Shown here piece by piece: positions 45,111-53,805 of a stretch of 64,000 bases of DNA. A program made the translations under genes and the position numbers. The DNA lies in NCBI GenBank assembly GCA_965240325.2, contig OZ251223.1, positions 3,286,001 to 3,350,000 on the forward strand, read 5' to 3'. This DNA comes from Rebecca billardiae RCC1528 (lineage: Eukaryota; Protista; Haptophyta). The notes under the pieces are model-generated. The model did not search any database, was not told where the DNA came from, and was given only the letters and a program-made list of their open reading frames with translations. Each line of letters begins with the position of its first letter. The first letter of the stretch is position 1.

Positions 45111-45659
45111 CATCCGCACGCAGAGCACCGTCACCTCGACGGGCGTGGCGAGCAGCACGACGTACGGCACGTCGTCGGGGAACGCCCCCGCGGGTGGCCG
45201 CGCGAGAGCGGCGGAGACGATGCTCTGGTCCAGCCCGTCGTGCTGCACGAAGCCGCCGAGCGGGTCCTCAAAGTCCCACATGAAGAACCGGTGGTCGACC
45301 GTCAGCCACGCGCGGTGGATCTCGGGGAAGAGGCCGGCGAACATCTCGTACTGCACGCCCGCCATCGCCTGCTCGAGTGCCCCCGGGAGCTTGACGAACG
45401 GCCGGTCGTTCACCGGCGCGAACAGCGGGCGGCGCAGCGGGTCGTCGCTGAGCACCTCGTGCGCGCCGCCCTGCGCGTACGGCTGCGCAGACTTCTTGCT
45501 CAGCAGGTCGTAGAGGTCGACCGAGACGACGCGGGCATCGCGCTCGAGCTGCTCGTCCACGAGGGCGCGCGCGCTCTCCAGAGCCCCGCGCTCCTCCGGC
45601 GCGAGCGCCGACTGCGCTGAGAAGCCGACGATCTGGTGCGGGTGCGGCTCCGAAGCCAT
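40154..45659 (-). CDS. NUP155: Nucleoporin Nup155/Nup170; introns 41400-41549, 41170-41325, 40799-41051, 40360-40470
   Basis: GLFPEIHRAWLTVDHRFFMWDF, DGLDQSIVSAALARP..GAF, LATPVEV, GRVFMGGADGFLYEL, DPIIDLVVDAERGVL, FSGRHGGL, DEALHIGLFWW...LDSPVLERFL. Confidence 0.9.
40868..41036. repeat. Compound (CA)n microsatellite punctuated by cagtg about every 28 bp, inside a NUP155 intron
   Basis: Seen directly. Confidence 0.9.
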
Positions 45660-45849
45660 CGTCTGCCGATCGCGCGCTTGACTCGACGACGCGCGGCTCT
45701 CGGCTCGGTCGAGTCCGGCGCCAGAGCGGCCACGCTTGCTCAAGTCCGGGCGGCCGAAACGCTGCCCCGCAACAGCGGCGACGACAGCCGCCCGTGTTCA
45801 GTGTTCTCTCGGTTGATCATCCCAGATTTGAGGCGGTGCCTGGACTGCC

Positions 45850-48800
45850 ATGCTGTGGCGGACGCCGCGGCGTTGTGCGGCGGCGCTGGCCCTCATCAGC
45901 GTGGCAGCGCTGGTGCACGAAGCCGAGTGCCGCAGGCCGCGTGGCCACCGCGAGGTCGGCTCGGGCGTGCTCCAGCCCATCACCACGGGCCACTGGTGCC
46001 ATGGCCGCCACTGCTCGCGGCAGAGCGCGCCGCTGACAAGCACGCGCACGTCGGGGGTGACATACTACGTGCCATCGCCACCGCCGCGGGCGCCGCCGCC
46101 CTCGCCCTCGCCTGCGCCCTCGCCTCCACCTCTGCCCCCGTCGCCACCGTCGCCTCCGCCCGAATCCCCGAGCCCGCCGCCCGACCCGAGCCCGCCGCGG
46201 CCGCCGCCGCCCTCGCCGCTGCCGCCGCCGCGGCCGCCTCCGCCCTCGCCGCCCGTGCCACCACCGCCGTCCCCGCTGTCCCCACCGCCGATGGTGTGGT
46301 ACGAGGGTGGGCAGGCGTGCGTCTTCTCCGTCTCTGCCGGCAAATGCCACACCTGCGCGGCGTACGCGTGCTCGGCGCGCGTGTTCTCGGGGCCGCAGCG
46401 CGCCGACCACACCGCCTCGGTCAAGTGCTGGTACGGCCGCCGCGTGAGGGCGCGGAGGCGGAGCGAGCGGCCGCGCGCGGGTCCGAGCGGTGGGCACGTG
46501 CGCGCGCTCCTCACCCTTGCGCGCCTGCCCCCGCCGCTCCGGCCCCGCCGCGTCGCAGGGGCTGCAACGAAGCGGGCCAGCTGGGCCAGGGCGACACGCA
46601 GGCCAGAGGGTCAACTGCCGAGACGGTGCCCGTGCGCATGCCGACGGTGCAGCTCGGGCAGCCGGCGAGCAGCCTGCTCGATATCTCGTGCGGCGAGGCG
46701 CACACGTGCGTCCTGTGGCGCGGGGGCGGCGTCAAGTGCTGGTGCGCGCCGCGGGGCTCGCCTCCCTCCGCCCCGACGGCAGCGCGCGGCACCGCGCACG
46801 GCGCCGCGCATCGGCCGTGCGCGGCGCTCACGCACGCACGCGCGCGCGGCCTCGTGGTGGCCCTGCGCCGCCTCCCGCGCACACGCAGGGGCGCGAACGA
46901 CTGGGGGCAGCTCGGCCTCGGGAGCAGCCTGCCATCCGTCGGGAGCGGGCCCGGCAGCATGGGCGCCTCCCTGCCGTGGCTGCGGCTGGGCGGCACGCAC
47001 CGCGCGGACGCGGTCGTGGCGAGCGCGGCGCACCACACGTGTGTGCTGATGGAGAGCGGCGAGGCCAAGTGCTTCGGCGCGAACTACCACGGGCAGCTCG
47101 GGCTGGGCGACCAGCAGGACCGCGGCAAGACGCCCGACACGATGGGCGATCGCCTGCCGGCGATGCGCTTCGGCAAGGGCGCGAGAATCAAGGTGAGCGA
47201 GCGCCGCCCCAACGGGGGGCCGGTGCGAGCGCGCGCGCGGCGCGGCTCGGGCTGGGCGAGTGGCGTGCACGCGGCGCGCGCCGCGCCAGACGCGCCGGCC
47301 TCGGCGCGAGAGCGCGAGGCGAGCAGGTGCCCGCCCAGGACGGCGGCGCGCGGGGCGGCGCGGGGCCTCCCCGCGCGGCGTGCACGCCCCACGCCAGCCC
47401 ACTCACGCGCGCCGGCTGCCGCCCCGCCCTTGCGCCCTTGGGCGGCGCAGCTGCTGCGCGCGGGCGAGCAGCACACGTGCGCGCTGCTCGAGCCGGGCCA
47501 CGTCAAGTGCGTCGGTCGGAACGAGTTTGGGCAGCTGGGCACGGGGGACGACGAGGCGCGGGGGGACAGCGCGCAGAGCGTGGGCGACCGGCTACCCGTC
47601 GTCGACCTCGGCACGGCGCCGGGCCACCGCGGCGTGGCCGTGCTCGCCACCGACCTCGTGAGCGGCGCGCACTTCAACTGCGCGCTGCTTGAGACTCGGG
47701 ACGTGCGCTGCTGGGGGGGCAACTACTACGGCGAGCTGGGCACGGGGGACGACGAGGCGCGCGGGCTGAAGCCGGCGCAGATGGGCGACCGGCTGCCCAC
47801 CGTCGCGCTCGGCGCGGGCGTCCTCCGCCTCGACGGCGGCGGCAGCGCGCGCCACATGTGCGCTCTTCTAGAGGACGGCGACTACGCGTGCTGGGGTTCC
47901 AACGAGAAGGGGCAGCTGGCGCAGGGCACGCCGGACGCGCACGTGGGGGACAGGTACGTCGAGCTGAGCGCGCTGCAGCCCGCGCGGCTCTCGGGCGCCT
48001 CCGTGCGCAAGCCGTACCGCGGCGCCGCGGGCCAGTCGCACCACTGCGCGCTGCTCGCGGACGGCGACCTCAAGTGTGTGGGCGACAACGACGACGGCCA
48101 GCTCGGCTACGGTGCGCGCGACACGCGCCGCGCCGTGCCGCCGCCAGGGCGCCCGGGGCGCCGCGCGCGTGCTCGTCGGCGGTGAGCGCGCGGCGCGCGC
48201 TGACGCGCGCCCTGCTCCGCGCACCCGCGGCCCTCCGCGCACGCGCCACGCCGGCCGCGCGCCGCCCCCTTTGAGCAGGCGACCAGCGTGCGCGCGGCAA
48301 GGCGTCTGAGACTGTGGGCAGCGCGCTCAGCTCGGTGCCGCTGGCGCCGCCCTGCCTGCGCAGCGGCAACGTGGCGGAGTCGCCGCCGCCGAGCCCGCCG
48401 CCGCTGCCGCCACCGCCGCCGAGCCCGCCGCCGCTCCCGCCGCCCTCGCCGCCGCTCCCGCCGCCCTCGCCCGCGCCGCCGAGCTGGCCACCGTGGCCAC
48501 CCTCGCGCCCGCCCTCGCCCTCATGGCCGCCGCTGCCGCCGCGCCCACCGCCCTCGCCGTCGCGCGCGGTGCTTCGCACGCTGCGCAACGCGCAGAAGGC
48601 GCTGGAGCGCGCGCGAGAGGCCGAGCATTCGCACACGTCCGGCGGCGCGCTGGGCTCCTCGCGGCACGAGAGCTCGCACGAGAAGGACGATGACGACGAC
48701 GACGACGACAACCGCAAGCACCGCCGCCGCAGGCGATGCCGCGGCAGGCACTGCGATGACGACGAGCCCAAGATGATCACCCTGCCCACGCTGCCGCACC

Positions 48801-49438
48801 CGCCGCCGCCCTCGCCCTCGCCGCCGCCCTCGCCCTCGCCGCCGCCCTGGCCCTCGCCGCCGCTGCCCCCGCCGTCTTCTCCGCCGCCGCCGCCGCCGCC
48901 GGATCCCAACGCGCCGCGCTCGCCGCCACGTCCGCCGCCGATGCCGCCTCCTTGGACGCTCCCGTCGTCAGCCGCCGCCGTGCCGCGCGGCCGCCATCGC
49001 ACCCCGGCGCTGACGGGCAGGCGCGAGCGCGCGCACCACGTGCACACGGATGGGCTCCCGGCGAGCGGCGCTCCGGATCCGACGCAGCGCTCGGCGGAGC
49101 GCAGATGGCGGCCCGTCGGGCTGGTGCTGCTCGGTGGCGTTGGCCTCGCACTCGGCGCGGCGCTGCTCGCGCCTGCGCTGGCAGCGTGGCGCACGCGAGA
49201 GGCCAGCACAGCAGCGTCGCGCCGCGCTGCCGGTGCACAACCCACGGTGGACGCAGAGGCGAGGGGCAGTGGGACCCTCTCCGACGGGCGCTCGTCTGAC
49301 TCGGCTGCTCGGGGTGCAAGACCCGCCGCCAGTCCGCCCTTTGCGAACCACGGCGAGGCGCGACAACTTGGGACCTCGTCCGAGTGGCGCGCACAGCCAC
49401 AGGCACAGTCTGCCCGCCCGGGCTTCAGCTTGCTGTAG
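45850..49438 (+). CDS. Cell-surface RCC1/BLIP-II repeat protein with Ser/Pro-rich stalks, signal peptide and C-terminal TM; exons 45850-46430, 46559-46741, 46889-47192, 47451-48111, 48279-49438
   Basis: Repeated HTCxL..G.VKCWG.N..GQLG.GD motifs; SPPPP tracts; TM VGLVLLGGVGLALGAALLA; GT-AG joins restore the repeats. Confidence 0.85.
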
Positions 49439-49751
49439 GCGACTACGTCGTATAGATCGACGAGTAGCAGAGAGCGTATATATATACACGTGTACTACGT
49501 AGTGACTACTACGCCCTTATTATTGGTATATTAGCAGTTGGTATACGAGTCATCGGCTCGCGGCGCTCGCGCGTGGCCGCAGCTGCCGGCGCCGCCCCGC
49601 AGCAGCCCCGCAGCTCAAGCTGCCCGCAGCATGCTGCATGACGAGCAGTCCGACTGCTGCTTATTCATGATCAGAGTCAGACGCATCGTCTCGCGCGTCT
49701 CGGACTCGGGCTTGGCGAATGGCGGTAGAATGGTAGTGCCAGCCGAGTGGG

Positions 49752-52517
49752 TCAATCGGGCGCCGACGAACTGTGGCTGTGCGTGTGCTCGCGACGCGGC
49801 AGGCCGAAGCCGGTGCCCGCGTCCCCCGCGCGCAGCTCGTGCAGCACAGTGGCCATCTTGTCCGGCAGGTGGTCCACCAGGTTGTGCGCCACCTTGAGCT
49901 CGAGGAACTCATCGGCCGACACCCACAGCGCGCGGTATCGGACCGCCGCCGCGGCACAGCACAGCAGGCGCGAGTACGTCGCGCGGTCGCGGCCGACGCT
50001 CTCGAGGAGCATGATCCGCCCAGCGATGAAGAGCGGAGCGCGGCGGGGCAGCGCCGCCTCCTCCGCGGCTGGCGCCCACGCCGCGGCCGTCGGCACGGGC
50101 CCGTCATTGTCCGTGAGCCGGTTGAAGCCGTCAGACTCGGCGCGCGCCGCGCCGCCGCCGCGCGCGGCCGCGCGGTCGCTCGCCCAGGGCGGCGGCGCGC
50201 CCAGCGGGGTCCGGCGCCCGCCTGAGCCGAGGCACGCTCGGCGCGCGCCCTGCGCAAACGCGCGCAGCCACACGAGCCACTTGGGCGCCTCGCACGCGCG
50301 CATCTCGGCGACCATCTGCGCGGAGAGGGCGTCGACGGACGCGATGGAGAGGCGCGGCACCACGTCGCCCTCGAGCACGACGGTGAGGACGTGCGGCGCG
50401 AGCGCGGCGGCGGCGTCGCGCGGCAGCAGCGGCGGCGGCGAGAACGCGAGGCAGCGCGTGTCCGGGAAGCCCCTCGCGCGCAGCAGCACGCTCAGCAGCG
50501 TCGCCACGCCCGCGCCGAGCGAGTGGCCGGTCACGACCAGCTCGAAGCCTCGGAGCAAACCGGTGCTCGGGTGCAGCTGGCGCCGCAGCGTGTCTAGGAT
50601 GCGCGAGCTCTCGAGCTCGGCGAGGAGCTCGGTCGTCGCGTCGAGGATGCCCTTGTGGCTCGTCCACTGCGCGGAGCCGGCCTCGGCCGCAGGGGCGGCG
50701 GCCGCAGCGCCGACCGCAGCGGCGGCACCGCTGCCGGCGGCGCGCGCCGCTCGCCCGGCAGACGGCTCGGCCGCAGCCGCGGGCATGTCCGCGGATGGGC
50801 ACTCGGCGCCGAGGAGCGCCTCGCGCACGTCGCCGGCGTCGACTGGCTCGCAGTACGCGTCGGTCAGGATGTCGGCGGCGTCCATCGTGCCGCGCACGGC
50901 GATCACCACCGCGCGCCGCTCGCGATCCACGCACACGGCGTACGCGCACGCGCCCATCGGGCGGCCGCGCCGCGCCCAGTCCGCCGCGAGCATGTCGCCG
51001 GCCGCGACGCCGGCGACCTCGGAGAAGATGGTCTCGTACGCCGTGGCCTTCGTGTCGCGGCGGCGCGGCGTGCTGGGCGCGCGCGCGCGCGCAGCGGGTG
51101 CGAAGCAGCACGCGCAGCACCCCTCGGCCGCGCCGGGCGCGGGCGGTGCGCCGCGCGCGCACTGCGGACAGAGCACGGCGCGCGCCGCGCGCTCGTGCCC
51201 GATCCACAGGGCCATCACCCAGCCGTACGCGGCGAGGGCGAAGCGGATGAAATGGGCGGCGTCGTCGAGCATGTCTCGCTCGGACGCGTCCGCCAAGTCG
51301 AGCAGCCGCGTTGCAGCGTACGTGTACGGGCGCCACGCGCTGCGCCGCGCCATCTTGCGGCGGCGCGCAGAGCGCTCGCGCCGCAGGCTCGGGAGCGAGT
51401 TGTTGAGGGCGCTGTTGAGCGCCTGCCATCGGATCTGCGCGGCCTGCCCCGTCGCGACCGCGCGACCCGCCGAGCCGTCGGCGGGCGCGGCGCTGAGCGC
51501 CGCCGCGCGCGCGAAGCTGACCCGCTCGGCGTGCGACGAGATCACCAGCGCTGCCTCGAGCTCTGACACGGCCGCCTCCTCCGGCGTGCCCGGCACGTCG
51601 GCCGCGTCGGCCCAGACCTGCGCCGCGACTGTGGCGAGCGAGAGCGAGCCGTGCTCGCTCGTCTCGCCGCCTTCGGCGTCGGCACCGGCCGCCGCGTGCG
51701 CCTCGGCGCCGTCGCCGCCGTGCTCCGATCCGGCCTCGCGCGCGCACGCGTGCGAGGCATCGGGCGCGGCCGCTGCGTGCCCGAGGTTGGGCAGCCGCTG
51801 CTGCCGATCGCGCACGAGCAGAAGGGCGGTGAGAAGGTCGGAGAGCACGGCGTGCTGCGCGCCATGCGCCTCGAGGAGGTCGCCCAGCAGCATGCCGAGC
51901 GAGCTGTACACGTCGTCCGCACCGCGCCCCACGAAGCAGCAGCACATGGCCGCCAGCCGGTGCCGCCACCACTCCTCGCGCGGCACCATCGAGCTGTTGG
52001 ACCTCGTGGCCGAGAGCCACGCGGCGAGGATGAGGCCGGGCGTGAGCCCGGCGATGAGCACGAGCCACACGACCAGCGCGCTCTTCAGCTCGCTGTGCGC
52101 GCGCCCTCGCTCGTCCCGCCCGACGCACGCGCCAAACAGCTCGCGGTTCATCACGAGCCCAACGGACAGGAGAGCGGCCTCGCACGCGATCAGCACGAGC
52201 TCGAGCGTGAGGAGCGGGCCAACCGCACGGCGCTGATGAGGCTGCCACAGCTGACCGGAGCCAGAGCTCGCGGCGAGCGCCAGAGTTGCGATGAGCAGCG
52301 CCACCGCCAAGCCGGCCGCGGCTGAGACAAAGACAAAGATGCTATGCAGGCATTCGACGTTGGAATCGCCCGCCTCGCCGTCGAGGTGCACCTGGCGCGC
52401 CACGAAGGCGAGGTAGAACAGGTAGAGCACGCGTACGAGCGCGCCCATGAGGCCAAAGGCGACGAAGTCATCGTCTGCCACGGGCCAGCTGCGACCCGCC
52501 CATCTGAGCGCGGGCAT
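49752..52517 (-). CDS. sn1-diacylglycerol lipase (DAGL-like, Lipase_3)
   Basis: MPALRWAGRSWPVADDD (DAGL-type N-terminus), four TM segments, VVIAVRGT..AADILTD, HKGIL, VTGHSLGAG, CLAFSPP, DVVPRLS, DHLPD. Confidence 0.88.
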   Translation of the reverse strand: MPALRWAGRSWPVADDDFVAFGLMGALVRVLYLFYLAFVARQVHLDGEAGDSNVECLHSIFVFVSAAAGLAVALLIATLALAASSGSGQLWQPHQRRAVGPLLTLELVLIACEAALLSVGLVMNRELFGACVGRDERGRAHSELKSALVVWLVLIAGLTPGLILAAWLSATRSNSSMVPREEWWRHRLAAMCCCFVGRGADDVYSSLGMLLGDLLEAHGAQHAVLSDLLTALLLVRDRQQRLPNLGHAAAAPDASHACAREAGSEHGGDGAEAHAAAGADAEGGETSEHGSLSLATVAAQVWADAADVPGTPEEAAVSELEAALVISSHAERVSFARAAALSAAPADGSAGRAVATGQAAQIRWQALNSALNNSLPSLRRERSARRRKMARRSAWRPYTYAATRLLDLADASERDMLDDAAHFIRFALAAYGWVMALWIGHERAARAVLCPQCARGAPPAPGAAEGCCACCFAPAARARAPSTPRRRDTKATAYETIFSEVAGVAAGDMLAADWARRGRPMGACAYAVCVDRERRAVVIAVRGTMDAADILTDAYCEPVDAGDVREALLGAECPSADMPAAAAEPSAGRAARAAGSGAAAAVGAAAAAPAAEAGSAQWTSHKGILDATTELLAELESSRILDTLRRQLHPSTGLLRGFELVVTGHSLGAGVATLLSVLLRARGFPDTRCLAFSPPPLLPRDAAAALAPHVLTVVLEGDVVPRLSIASVDALSAQMVAEMRACEAPKWLVWLRAFAQGARRACLGSGGRRTPLGAPPPWASDRAAARGGGAARAESDGFNRLTDNDGPVPTAAAWAPAAEEAALPRRAPLFIAGRIMLLESVGRDRATYSRLLCCAAAAVRYRALWVSADEFLELKVAHNLVDHLPDKMATVLHELRAGDAGTGFGLPRREHTHSHSSSAPD

Positions 52518-52669
52518 GCGGAAGGACGCTTTCAAGCTTGATCAAGTTGATGATGGCCCGAGCCGCGCGCGAGCTGACGAGCGCGAGGCCGAGGCAAGCG
52601 GCGACCGGAACGACGAAGCCGGACTCTGGCGGCCGCCGCCCCGGCCGGGCCGGCCCCCCATCGATCGCG

Positions 52670-53425
52670 ATGGCGTCGCTGTGCAGACGATTTCTCGCTA
52701 GGTGTTGCCGCGTGGAGGTGCACATCTCGCCGGAGGTGGTGACGTTCCCGCCCCGGGGCCCGTGGGAGCGGTGTGGCGCATTGCTCTACGGCGCGAACCC
52801 GGAGCTTATCGGGCCGCGCTTCACCCCCTCCGAGGCGAACGCTCGGCTCGCGGGCAACCGCGAGCTCTCGCTTGGGCTCATCTATCCGGAGCAGTGCGTC
52901 GATGGGCAGGTGTCTGAGTACGGGGGGCGCGCGCTGCGCACCATGCTCGCGGCCTTCCCGGCGCAGCGCGGGGGTGAGCGAGCGCCGCGTGGCACCGTGC
53001 TGCTCACCGAGGCAGTGGGGCATCTGAAAATGAACTATGACCACCTGCTGCATGCGTGCCCGCCGCAGCACGACACTGCGAGCTGGGAGACGGAGGGGCG
53101 TGGCCAGCTCTTCAGTTGCTACACGGCCGCCTTCGAGCTCCTCTGGGGCAGGGGCTGCCCGCCGACCGCCGACGGGACTCAGCCAGCCAGCATGGCATGC
53201 GCTTTGCTTGGCGCAGGCGCGTGTGGCGTCCCCGTGAGCGAGGCGGCAGCCGTCTTTGCCGCTGCTGTCACGCAGTGGGTGCGCCCAGAAGAGAGTCTGG
53301 GTGCGCCCTCGCCAACTCTCGAGCCACCCGCCGGGCCAGTGGTGTGCATGACTGTCGTCGACGAGCTCACAGCAGACGTTGTCATCGACGCGATGGACAG
53401 TGCGCTCATCAGCAGCACGGGCTGA
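52670..53425 (+). CDS. Macro-domain (ADP-ribose-binding/hydrolase-like) protein, divergent
   Basis: ALLYGANPEL...VDGQVSEYGG, GTVLLTEA, LLHACPP, LFSCYTAAF, MACALLGAGACG. Confidence 0.7.
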   Translation: MASLCRRFLARCCRVEVHISPEVVTFPPRGPWERCGALLYGANPELIGPRFTPSEANARLAGNRELSLGLIYPEQCVDGQVSEYGGRALRTMLAAFPAQRGGERAPRGTVLLTEAVGHLKMNYDHLLHACPPQHDTASWETEGRGQLFSCYTAAFELLWGRGCPPTADGTQPASMACALLGAGACGVPVSEAAAVFAAAVTQWVRPEESLGAPSPTLEPPAGPVVCMTVVDELTADVVIDAMDSALISSTG

Positions 53426-53612
53426 CGCTCTGAAGACACTGAAGTCTGAGACTGAGACTGAGGCCACTGACACTGTGACTGTCATCAGCGCGTCATCATG
53501 AGAAAAACGCGCCGCGGGACGCGAATTTTGTCATCGTCATATCATCATCAGCCTGAGTCTGAGGCATCGTCATAGCGCTCATCAGCATGACTGCTTATCG
53601 GATTCATCCAGT

Positions 53613-53784
53613 ATCCACCCGTCCCAGCTCCCTACATTGTCAAGGCTCCCTGGTATATTGAAAAATACCCGCAGCTATTCGTTGCCAGCCCATTTCATAG
53701 TCACTGAGCTCAAAACATGCCGTGGGCATGTTTTGAGCCCGCTGAGCCGAAGACGGGCTCCGGGGCTTTCTGGGACGGGTGGAT
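53613..53784. mobile_element. ~172-bp MITE-like element with 15-bp terminal inverted repeats and an internal 14-bp hairpin
   Basis: atccacccgtcccag (53613-53627) and ctgggacgggtggat (53770-53784); stem gctcaaaacatgcc-gtg-ggcatgttttgagc (53708-53738). Confidence 0.6.
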
Positions 53785-53805
53785 GCATGACGAATGTGCT
53801 CGTCA

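Noticed and set aside
40882-52248. Many long Arg/Ala/Pro-rich alternative-frame and antisense ORFs
   Set aside because: Expected shadow ORFs in very GC-rich coding DNA where stop codons are rare; they overlap well-supported genes
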